A stretch of DNA of 64,000 nucleotides, taken from contig CM119384.1 in the NCBI GenBank assembly GCA_051294905.1, positions 4,960,001 to 5,024,000 of the forward strand. Direction: 5' to 3'. How positions within the stretch are numbered: the first letter of the stretch is position 1; each line of letters starts with the position of its first letter. The notes beneath the pieces are model-generated. The model was not told the DNA's origin and did no database searches. It saw only the letters and a list, made by a program, of their open reading frames with translations. This DNA comes from Botryllus schlosseri (taxonomy: Eukaryota). This document shows, piece after piece, positions 34,801 to 45,367 of the stretch. The position numbers were made by a program, and so were the translations under genes.

Positions 34801-36022
34801 CTCCAAAAAGAGAAATTGAGTTTTCAGTAAACGGTCAACACATTTTTGAAGGAATGGGTCAAGCGGCTACCCACTCCTCATCCTGTCACACGCTAGCGGA
34901 AAAATTTGAATTGTGACCTTGACGCTACCTGGGGTGCCAATACTGAGACAATTCGAACTTCACATTCCAGTCTGAGTAAATTTACTTGATATGCCTTGAC
35001 GTTTTGCTATATATGTCCCAGAGTTCACAGTGGATTATTATTCCTATAACTCTAATAGCGGAATACTTTGTTGAACAAATAGGCAGACTGTATTGATAAA
35101 ACTAAGCTCTTGGTAGCTTTTATACCTAATTTAAAGGGGGACTGCACTCTAAAAATGATGTGGTCTCAAATTGAAGGGCGAAACGAAAAAAAATTTTGGC
35201 CGCAGCCGCTTTCTTCAGAACGCCACCGTAATGTAGGCTACCTGCAATTTATTGAAATTCCCACAATAACTTCACGCTCCAGCAGTCACGCAGAGATCCA
35301 ACTTTATATGGTTGTCAGCCGATGTTATGAAGGAAATATGTCGTACACGCCAAGGTGGTTTAGATACCGCGTTCAACGGAAGATGTTCAGTCAGGAGATT
35401 CATGTCAAAATCAGGCCTAGTGTATTCTATTTCTATCGTGTACGTCATATTTCCTTTATAATATCAGCTGACAACTATATAAAGTTCGATTTCTGCGTGA
35501 CTGCTGGAGCGTGTAGTTCTTGTGGAAATTTCAATAAATTGCAGCTCCATTACGGTGGCGTTTTGAAGAAAACGGATGCGGCCAAAAATTTTGTTTCGTT
35601 TTGCCCTTCAATTTGAGACCACATCATTTTCAGAGTGCAGTGCCCCTTTAACACCCCCTTACCAAGTAATAATATATTCATTTAAAGTAATAAATAAAAT
35701 TATGACTTCATAAATGGAAGTTAAATAATGTATGACAGTTGCCAAGATCTTAATGTTATAACTCTCATGCAATACGATGAGAAAAGTACTCACATAATGT
35801 CTATCGGAGTAACCACCGGGCTGCAGGCTTTTGGAATTTGCATAATTCCTGGAAGAACGAAGAGAAATCGATTTAGTACATATTTTGCCTCGATGTCTTT
35901 TAGTTCACAACAAAAAAAGAGTGTAACAACAATAGAGAAAGCATGTTGTAAGCTAGTCACCTCATATTGTGATCGGGCGAGTAGCCATTCTTGTAGTTTT
36001 CATAGTCACTTTGTCTCGCCAT
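22884..36022 (-). CDS. BCOR: BCL6 corepressor (BCOR/BCORL1)-like protein with ankyrin repeats and PUFD domain; multi-exon
   Basis: Well-supported 3' exons, phase-consistent: 27288-27075, 26390-26317, 26252-26089, 25643-25498, 24956-24876, 24806-24677, 24294-24180 and 23174-22884. They give GETSLHKAARLGYV...DNAGYTALHKAC...[41 protein letters not shown]..FSGR, then a PUFD-like segment (WKFPCSEI...IEFELHD...NYCLLDD). Upstream exons: 34208-32732, about 31990-31787, 31559-31305, 30708-about 29969, about 29300-28627, 27864-about 27775 and 27686-27630. Candidate first exons 36022-35961 and 34971-34929 join in frame but are unverified. Confidence 0.8.
28120..28440. repeat. Degenerate minisatellite, about 120-bp unit x about 2.6, in a BCOR intron
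   Basis: The anchor gat(t/c)gccaaa recurs at 28128, 28248 and 28367. Units share ttctctcgtaattttca and aaactcgtttcg. Confidence 0.75.
29351..29650. mobile_element. Small foldback element with about 43-bp TIRs and TTAGGG motifs, containing a nested gagtc-rich MITE
   Basis: aatatattgtgttttgtgttgggggtaggcacattagggttgg is inverted at 29608-29650. There are four ttaggg motifs at 29384-29432. No TSD recognised. Confidence 0.55.
29846..29864 (+). other. Possible spliced-leader relic (AGTATTTGGTTGTATTAAG)
   Basis: 19-nt match to the 3' part of the Halocynthia/Botryllus SL sequence as recalled from the literature (not checked). It is not followed by GT, so it is not an SL RNA gene. Confidence 0.35.
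32017..32076. repeat. Perfect 30-bp tandem duplication
   Basis: taactggtatattgtaaagtggatttaggc at 32017-32046 and 32047-32076. Confidence 0.9.
34296..34733. mobile_element. Old hAT-like MITE (actacttctac-rich family)
   Basis: CAGGGG...CCCCTG termini. Internal actacttctac/gagtagaa motifs are shared with about 23430-23560, 25960-26050, 29760, 45720-45800 and 46860. No TSD. Confidence 0.4.
35135..35647. mobile_element. Kolobok-like palindromic MITE with TTAA TSD, 513 bp
   Basis: TTAA at 35131-35134 and 35648-35651. Termini AGGGGGACTGCACTCT / AGAGTGCAGTGCCCCT. The long near-perfect TIRs extend about 150 bp. Confidence 0.8.
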
Positions 36023-36539
36023 ACCATTCAAAGTTTCGCTGTCGATCTGAAAAAAAAAATGCAACTTATTAAGCGATACCTCATTACTGGCCATGACAGA
36101 TAAACCACGTCAATATAGTTTGATTGTAATTGTGTAGTTCGTGTTTAACAACCAGTGTTGGAGAACCAGAAAATTTTCAGCTTTTCGAAATTTGAACTAG
36201 AACAGGAATCATTGCGACGCCGTTTTTTTCCAAATTGGATTATAATTGGAATTATTTAATTTGCAGAAGAAATGCAACAAAAATTAAGCAAGCTCATCCT
36301 CATAAGCACGAGACTAGCAAATGTCTGTATGCCAAGCTTGGTTCGTTTCGCACTATTACAGTTCTCCTGTGGCATTTTCAGGAAATTCAAGTTGAATTAA
36401 AATGAGTAATATTTCACGAATTAGATTACCGACATTTCCTTGAATTAGTCTAATAAGACAACCAGACGAGAATTATCTAGTTGCCCGCGTCTGGAATCAA
36501 CCGAATAATGATTGCAATCTGAGATGCAGTGAATTTTGT

Positions 36540-36850
36540 ACAGTCGCACACCGCCAAGCCTGTAGAAATCAGAATAAACGCAAATCGTTCAACTCCGCCG
36601 CTATACGGCGCGAGAGATCCGCTACCCGAGAGAGAGAGAGAGAGAGAAACGCGCGAAAAAGGCAAACGCGCCCGGTTGAAGAGAAAGGAATCAAATCGTC
36701 TGACGTCACCAGTTGTCTGAGATATGATGGCTGACGGCCGCAGCGATCGCGATCATTTCTGTTCTCGGCGAAATATGAGTATTCAATAGGCGGCCATGAT
36801 GCGATTCACAGCCGCAGCTGAAACAATAGCGCCGAGTGTATTTAGCTGGC
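36540..36850. promoter_or_regulatory. Putative bidirectional promoter shared by BCOR (minus) and PTPN1/2 (plus)
   Basis: CpG-rich stretch between two divergent genes, with a (GA)n tract at about 36628-36646 and a CRE palindrome TGACGTCA at 36701-36708. A GTGAGT donor at 36851 would join to the acceptor at 37471 just before the PTP ATG. Confidence 0.55.
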
Positions 36851-37498
36851 GTGAGTGTTCACAGTGAGTGAGTGTAGGAAAGTGCACGCTGCGTTAACTA
36901 AGGTTTAGCTGTTTCAGTGCTGTGCTGCGGTGGAATGAATCTCTTTCTCTTGTCAGTAAGGAAATTTGCATAGTAGCAGTTTTATCTACTGCTTGGCGCG
37001 TACAATGAGATTTTCCCGCTAGATGCCAAGCGTTTTGACTTCATATAACAACTAGAGGTAGTATTGATTCCCTCGTGTAAATTACAGTTAAATAACTGGG
37101 TAGCATTGATATATCTCTTGCATGCGTGAATTTCAGTATTGATTCCTACTGCTACCTACATCATTGCGAAAAATATGCCAATGCTGTATTAGGTTCAGCG
37201 TTACATCTCACCCCGAGTATGGAAATTTGCACAGTCGCTCAGAAACAGATTTTCCTGCTCGTAGATTGCATGATGCCGTCGAAAAACGTTCTAAAATACT
37301 GTAACACGATAACTAGGTGTTGATGATGTGTCCACAAATAATTTGTAGAGAATCCCCGAGCTACAGAACTTCAATATACAACTGAATACACTCTTCAGGG
37401 TTATCGTCAGCAACTAGTAGAGAATCAAAAATTGCACATTAACAACCGTGCCTTCTTTGTGCAAATCACAGCGTTGATCCTTACCTGTTACCTGCATC

Positions 37499-38863
37499 AT
37501 GACGAAAAACATGGATAGCATTATAAAGGAGCTGGACACGACAATGGGTTGGGACAGGCACTTCCGCGAAATCAAGCTAACAGCCGCTGCATACGACCTG
37601 TCCCACTCCGCCGCAAAACAACCGGACAACAAGCCCAGGAATCGTTACCGCGACGTCAGTCCCTTCGACCACAACCGCGTAAAGTTACTGACAGGGGAGA
37701 ACGATTACATCAATGCATCTTTAATCGACATGCCGAAAGCTGATCGCAAGTATATTCTCACGCAAGGACCTTTGAATCAAACCTCTGGACATTTTTGGCA
37801 AATGGTGTGGGAACAAAAATCCGCGGCCGTAGTGATGTTGAACAAGATCATCGAAAAAGGCACTTTGAAATGCAGTCAGTATTACCCGTTGGGTACCGAA
37901 CCTCTACAATTCACCGACACCGGCTTTACAATCGCAAATAAGAACCAGCAAGTGTATTCAAATTTCACTGTCCGTTATCTAGACCTCAGAAACGATATTA
38001 CCGGCGAAACACGCGAAATCATACAGTTTCATTACACTGCCTGGCCTGATTTCGGCGTGCCTGAATCTCCGGCCGCTTTCTTAAACTTTCTAAACTGTGT
38101 CAGAGATCGAGATGTACTCAAGAGCAGCGTTGGCCCTGCCGTAATCCACTGCAGCGCGGGTATCGGTAGATCCGGCACTTTCGTATTGGTGGATTTGTGT
38201 TTGATTTTCATCGAAAAAGACATTGATTTCGAAGTCAAAGACACGTTGCTGAGATTGCGCAGGCAGAGAATGGGGTTGATACAGACTGTGGACCAGTTGC
38301 GGTTCAGTTACTGTGCCATCGCCGAAGGTGCTCGAGGTATGACAGACGATACTCCTGACGTTGTCAGCAGCGAAGAACGTGAAGATTCTGGATCCGATTA
38401 CGGGTCAAGCAGTGACGATAATCAAGATGAAGAAAATCCACAGGAAAACGGAAAAAACAACCATCACGACGAGGAAAACACAAGAAAGAGGCGGGCTCAA
38501 GACAAGTCCCAACATGAAGACATGCACGACGAAAAAAAAGGCCGTCAAGACCCCATCGCTCCCGCCGATAATATCCACGATAGGCTTGACGATTTACCCC
38601 CTTTACCGCCCCCGCCCCCACCACCACGTAAAGAATCGTTGCCCGAGTCTAATAATAACACGGATGCGAATCTCAGGAAACGCAAGGCCTCTGATAGGCA
38701 GGAAGCGTTGAAAAACCACGTCACAGAAATCAAACAGAAAATGAAGGACTCTGAAAAAAGGAACAAGCGCCATGCCTGGTTACCCTACTTCGTAGGAGGT
38801 GCCGTGCTTATCACAGTATGTTCCGCTGCCGCGTATTATTTCTACAAAGGAGTAGGCGAATAG
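37499..38863 (+). CDS. PTPN1: Non-receptor tyrosine phosphatase PTP1B/TC-PTP (PTPN1/PTPN2 co-orthologue), 454 aa, single coding exon
   Basis: RNRYRDVSPFDH, DYINAS, YILTQGP, FWQMVWEQKS, WPDFGVP, VIHCSAGIGRSG and MGLIQTVDQLRFSY, followed by a proline-rich stretch LPPLPPPPPPRK and a hydrophobic C-terminal tail anchor. Confidence 0.92.
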   Translation: MTKNMDSIIKELDTTMGWDRHFREIKLTAAAYDLSHSAAKQPDNKPRNRYRDVSPFDHNRVKLLTGENDYINASLIDMPKADRKYILTQGPLNQTSGHFWQMVWEQKSAAVVMLNKIIEKGTLKCSQYYPLGTEPLQFTDTGFTIANKNQQVYSNFTVRYLDLRNDITGETREIIQFHYTAWPDFGVPESPAAFLNFLNCVRDRDVLKSSVGPAVIHCSAGIGRSGTFVLVDLCLIFIEKDIDFEVKDTLLRLRRQRMGLIQTVDQLRFSYCAIAEGARGMTDDTPDVVSSEEREDSGSDYGSSSDDNQDEENPQENGKNNHHDEENTRKRRAQDKSQHEDMHDEKKGRQDPIAPADNIHDRLDDLPPLPPPPPPPRKESLPESNNNTDANLRKRKASDRQEALKNHVTEIKQKMKDSEKRNKRHAWLPYFVGGAVLITVCSAAAYYFYKGVGE

Positions 38864-41800
38864 ATTACTTGCAATCGAGTCAAGTTATTTACGAAACTGT
38901 GCAGTGTGCAAGCACAATTGGCGGGGAGCTGTTTTTTTATTCGTAAAGTTCACAGCTCGCTATAACAAGCCGCACTATATTACCTAAGACTGCCCGACAT
39001 TTGAAAGTTGCCCTACTAGTAGCATTGCTCGAACGCCGTTACTATGCCGATAAAAAAAGACAACACCTCATTCACAGGTACTATAATCATTAGTGCTGTT
39101 ACCCATTTTCTCTATTTCTTACTGTTTATTTTGTCTTCGTTATATAACCTAGAAAATTGATATTCTACTATCACTATTGTCATTTTAGTACCAACCTTGC
39201 GTAAGTCTTCTAAAGTCGGGTTCATATCTCGTCCTTTAGAGTTGTCTCTCCCCCTGCAAGAAATGAGTTTGGTTGTTATTCCATACTTGGAGAAGAGTTT
39301 CATAAATAAATTTTCTCCGCTTTGAGTTAACGGAGTGTTGTGTGAACGGAGTGTTGTGTGAAGTCAGGGATGTATCAGTGGAGGACTATGTGGAATTTCT
39401 CACAGTTTATTGCTGTCCTGGTATCAGTGTTATTCATTTCATGTTGGCTGTGAAGATTTTGTAGTCCCACAGGCTTGGCTCATAAAACGTGTACTCGGCA
39501 AACATTACATACATGGTTTGCTATAAAATTCAAGGGAAGATAGAGTCATATTTAATAAGCGCACACATACACATTTAATAAGCGCACACGAGAGAGAATG
39601 TACGCTGGGACGTCAAACATTGAAATAGCACAGCGTATTATGAGCAAAACGTATTCAACCTTTAGCTACGATTTGCAATTCAGGGAAAATCGGTGCTACA
39701 GGCCGACAAAATAATTCATGAGCCTGGCGAATTCAACTGCCGATGGCCTCTTGTACAGCGCTAGCATAACGAGAGGTAAATTAGTTTGCGGCTCATTCTC
39801 CGCATTTGTTGGTAAGTCAAAATTGTCATGCAGTCACTTGACTAAACTAGACAGCGTGACAGTGTCAAACCTTGAACGGAATAGACCTTACGAATCGCGC
39901 GATTTATTTCCATCGGTAGCAGGGAGTAATGTTTCCTGTGATTTGCAACCAATTCCTACCGCAAAAGATAAGGTGGAGACGCAATGTCGGCAATTGCGAG
40001 TTACCAACGTAAGATACGCCAGTCTGTAAGAAATCGATACCAAAAACAATGATACTGCTGTTGCTAGTTACCAATACCACGAGAAATGCGGAAAACTTGG
40101 ATTCCCCGGGATGGTATCTTGATTGAATATTTCCGTATATTCATTAGATTCATGGCTGCTAAGAGTTCGGCACGGATCACGATATACAGCACGACAGCAG
40201 CCCAAAGGCTCGAAACCAAATTCGAGCCGTGACATAGGAAAACGAGTTCAATCTATTCACAGCTGCCAGGCAGCGCATTCTTTTATCTAGCTCAGAACCC
40301 TAGCCAGTCAACAATTTCCGAAATTCTCATACAAAGGCGGATTCCAAGAACCAAATCGACTCGGTTCCGAGGAAGGCACAGCCATTCGAAACGCAGACAA
40401 TAGCATAATAATTGGCGGGGAGTCGAGCGTACGAGATAGCGCAGACTGCGAAAAAGCTGAGTGGAACACTCCACGTACACTAGTACGTACGTCGTACAGT
40501 GACTAACGGCTATTGCCCAAGCCAAAGATTAAGGATTACAAGAATTGCGTATTTTTCGTTATCTATTCGGCCGTACTGTCAGTCAAGGTGATAGTATAGG
40601 AATTTGAATGACTGAAAACTAGTATCGATGTATTATCCAGTTATCAAGAACAGTGTTCTGAATACAAAATGCCTTGCCTTGATAAAGAGATCTGCGAACC
40701 TCGTATCAACATCCGGAATTGTACAGAATGACCGATACCATTAACAGGTACCCGGTCATATCACTAACAATACCGGGTTACTCAACGAGGTTGACGCTAT
40801 TGCATCACATAAGCTAATAGATTTTCGCGAATAGATATATCGCGATATCCCAGGACTGAATCGCCAGCAACGGACAACCTTGTTTGCTACGGCTAAAACA
40901 GGCCCAGGCTTGCTTCGAAATGCCTCGATCGATCATAAGTCACTATAGCGTGTCTAACTCAGATCATTCACACAACAGTAGGTCACAATATATCTAAAAG
41001 TATTGATGCAACCTGTGCCTGTTAGCCTTTCGAATACATAAAATTACCGCAAAACGACGTATGTATGTCGCATGGATTCGGGCGCTTTATTGGTTTGAAA
41101 CACAGAGTGTCGGTGACGTCACACCAGCAGGCCTACACACTGGACTAATTGGTCATTGGAGGCTTATTCTGGTGTCAGATGGAAGTCTGTAACTTATGTT
41201 GGATCGATGTAAGCGGACCATAGGCCTGATGCAATTGCTGAAAAACAATGCCTAGTCACATACTCAGGAGTTTTATTGCGCACAAGTGAAGTTTATATGG
41301 TTCTAGTTTAAATATGCGATATTTTTATATCAGTTAAGAATTTCGGAAAATATGTTCTGTCGGCTCCAAATTCTGATATCCGTCAGACTCTAATTAAAAC
41401 CACAGTCAGTTATGCTATTCTCGACGCTACCCAAAATTTGCTAAGGAGGTAAGAGAATCTTCTTGAGATTCGAGGGGTAGGCCCTGGAAAATATTCATTT
41501 TAGCACATCGTGACAGTCCTGAAATATTTCCGTCGTAAATAACGTTGCCTTTATAGGATCATGGCCGAAAACCACCCTATCCCTCCAAAACCCATATCGT
41601 CATGTAGCAATTATTTACACCGCGTTTTACCGCTCACTACAATGCTAATCAAGTACCTGATCTGGAACAGATTTACTGACTTATCGGACGTATTATACGC
41701 TTTCAATGTGGTCATAAAAATACACACAGCGGTAGTTTCACTCAGTCACGGAAACATTTTGCCGCCTATTTACTCTGCAGATTAGGAAATACCAATGTAA

Positions 41801-44184
41801 AGCCGTAAAACAGCATATACAGCGTGTCAAAAGTCAGCAAGTAGCGGCTGGCTAGGCGACATAGCTTAGACACCATGTAAACGTATCCATTTTTCGTTCG
41901 CGATCATGACATCCGACATTATTCATTTCCTACACAGCAAAAATATCGATCGAACATCGGCCTGATCGATAACGGCTAACCAAGCGACGTATTGGAGAAT
42001 TTGGTTGATTGTCAGATCACACAAGCCACTGATTCGCTTTGCTTGATTAGTTAGCTCGCACTGAGCCGATTCAGCGAAATTGTTCGCGCCCCGTCGCTGC
42101 AGTTCTATTCTGGGAAGTGTTTGTGGATAAACTATACGACACGTGCAGGCTTACTGGCAGAACAATGCGATCACATAATTGCGCAGAACGCCGTATTTCT
42201 ACTACGAAAGTGCAGTCGATGAGATCCCTAAAACTTATGGGAATAATTACCCTAGAAGAGGGTGAACTTATGTTCGCGTTGAATGGATTGGTGATTAGGC
42301 GCGAGTTTGAACTTGGGTAATTTAAGCATCTGCTATTTGCCAGACACAGTGTTGACCAGACTTTATGAAAACAGATATATGTTGGCTTTAGCTGTGAATC
42401 ACACACTCGCCACATTATCATTGAAGCGATAGGAAGTAATTGTCCATATTCAAGACAGAAGCACACATACACTAGAGTCGAGTTTCGCTACGAGGCTAGG
42501 AATCGGTGACACTAGCCAGCCTAGCCGTCGAAGTTGCCGTTGACTCACAAGCAAAGCGACTGGTGCACTCGGCGAGATTTTCGCCCTAACTCACAGAGCG
42601 TGAATCATCATCGCAGGCACGCAAGGGGAAAACTTCCCAGCGTGGAATTGAAGAGAAATTTGCTGACCGGCTGATATTTCATCAGTTTCGTGGCAAAAAA
42701 AATCAACAGCGACTACATAGGAATTCGATCGTTATGCATTTTTACAGTAGTGTCTTGGGCTGTGCACACTGGCATGGAATTGAATAATGTATTGAAATAA
42801 ACCCTAATCTTTTCGGCTGACACTCGTCAGTGGTAATCTTCTCAAGCTAATAAAAAATTGGAAAGAACATTGTATTTGTATACCAACATTGTTTCACCAA
42901 ATATTTAGGTTTATTTCAATATGAATATCTCTGTCAATCGAAGAATGCTGATTTTGGTGCTTTCTGTACCTTGGCAGCTAACTGAGATGTAAAAGGAAAT
43001 AAAACAAAGACTGGTGGTGAATGAACTGAGGTGTTACCCGACAAAAGCACAATATACTGGTTGTTTATTCGATTGTCTGTCAACGGGAGATGCATTATCG
43101 CGTCTCAGACCGTCCTCATTTTCAAGTCAGCTATATTGCTCATCCCAAGCTTTAGGCTTTTCAACGTAAATTTTGCGGCAGAAGACAGACCATGTCAACA
43201 ACGAGATAGCAATTAGCAATTATCAAGGAGCCAGTCCCGTGAACTAAGAGTAAATTGCTTTCAGGATCATGCAAACGGTTTTCCATCGAATATTTTAACC
43301 TTGTAAAAAAGGTTCTCAGAATCTATCGCCAACATCATTGTTCAAAACTGCAGCGACTATAACAGGGGCGCATTGCAATTTGCAACGCACGCAGTGCGAG
43401 TGACTAGGGCTAGTGGTTGCGAAACAATTCGAGTCGCAAACGTCACAATCGATCGAAAACGTTACCGGAAAAAGCTAGCGAGCTCAAGGAAGTATTCTGA
43501 TAGCACGGGCATGCAATTGTCTGGCCTTAAGAGAGAGGTTTCCTGAAGCTTACATAAACCGGCGACCATTTCTTAACGATGTCGCATGTCTAATTTAATG
43601 CGATCGCTCCAAATATAATCAAAAACACAACAACGCGGAGCGACGAATACTGATGATGCTTTGTTTGCCAAGAAGCGGGCTGCGTCTTACTGAATATTCC
43701 GAGTGATATTCTCCCAACCGCCGCTACATTATATTGGGCGATGATAGTCACATCAAAAATGGAAGGATAAACTTAATTGGCGTGTAGTCGCTGTAATTCC
43801 ATCAATGTTCGTGAAAAACACACGCTATTCTAACGCGCACGTATCCGCAATCGCGCCAATATTGACCCAGAAATGCTGATTGCTGAGGCGCGTTGTCATG
43901 AGCTATAAATACACCCGCGCCGCATAGTTTTGCATCGCCGGATATAGAGAGCTCAAATCCAGAAATACGATATACATAAATACAGGAACACGCTGTATCT
44001 AGCTAAATGCGGCGTGTAGGTGCGTAGTACGCAAAGTTGTTTGCTAATAGCTGGTTGTCAGGACGCGTAACCTCAAACAGGCTTTTCTTGGAAATCAAAC
44101 TAGGCCAACAGGCCCGGCCGTTTATCGTAAATCTTGGCGATAAAGATTGGATATGGAGGCGATAAGCAGCTTTATACCGTTGGG

Positions 44185-45367
44185 CATAGGCGCCGAACCT
44201 GGGCATGCAAGGCATGCCAGGCATGCCTAGACATTTTTTTAGGCATGCGGCATGCCTAGAATTCGGTTTGGCATGAATCGGCATAAACCCCGATTGTGTT
44301 ATTTAGAACGAATCGTAATGTATTTCCGTTTACGACATTACCTGCTACCGCTTATGTGAGTGAGGTAACCCGTTGCGCGCGGCCAATTAGCTACAAGCGC
44401 GTTGCCAATTAACGAGATTTGTCTGTGCACAACTGCACATTCTGCACAATGTAACGCGACGCGATCTCCCGCTGAGATGATCGCGAAATTGTGTCATTGA
44501 TTGCCGTGCGCTCGGCAATCATCGTTTGGGACGCTTGCCTGCTTTATCGTGTCTCCGACAAGCCTAGTTTCACTTGCTTGAGCATGAAATCAGCAGTAGG
44601 CCCGGTGCCATCGCTGCCTGCACTATCGCATCTGCATTGGCGCGCACGATATTATCGCTTGCCTGAATGCCTACACAATCGCATCTGCAACAGGCCTGGT
44701 ACGAAAGATATCATCGCTGGCCAACTATCACGTCTAGAGCCGAGCATGCGTTGGCTCCCATCTCTCGAGCCTACCATGCGTTAGTTCCAATCTCTCGATG
44801 GCTTGGTGACAATGCCGTTAGGTGTTTGTTGGTTAGCGATTGTAATTAAAGAGCGACATCGCTGACCTGAATAACATCGAATGTCCGCAGACAGGTGCGA
44901 TTGTGAGTGCGCCGTGCATGCGTAAGTGAATTCCGCTAATACCTAAACATAACCACCAGAAGATGTGTGTCAACTGTCAAGGCTTGAGTTGTAAAAGACG
45001 AGAAAGGTTTGAACAACCTGAAGTCCGTGCCATTATAGAACAGATTTCATAACAACTCTGACATTTTGTCTTGCGCAAATCGTCGCCGAGGTTACGTAAT
45101 ACGCGTTGATAAGCGGCGTATTTAATTGCTCGCTAGCGATCAGGAACTCGCTAATTGACAGCACTTCCGGACTCGTTGACAAGCTTATCATACGCGCAAG
45201 TTCGTTAACACGAAGATATTGCATAATCGGCATTTATGCAGGCACTTAACTCTCATGAATTGATGCTATATTATCCCTAATTATCAATTCCGTCGGATCA
45301 TGACGTCATTCCTTTGTGACGTCATCGAACTCGCATGCCTAAGGAAAATTAGCGTTCGGCGCCTATG
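44185..45367. mobile_element. Non-autonomous hAT-type element, 1183 bp
   Basis: TIRs CATAGGCGCCGAAC / GTTCGGCGCCTATG. Perfect 8-bp TSD CCGTTGGG at 44177-44184 and 45368-45375. Subterminal GGCATGC repeats. Confidence 0.88.

Noticed and set aside
35110-35616. 168-aa plus-strand ORF
   Set aside because: It lies almost entirely within a palindromic TTAA-flanked MITE and has no protein motifs.
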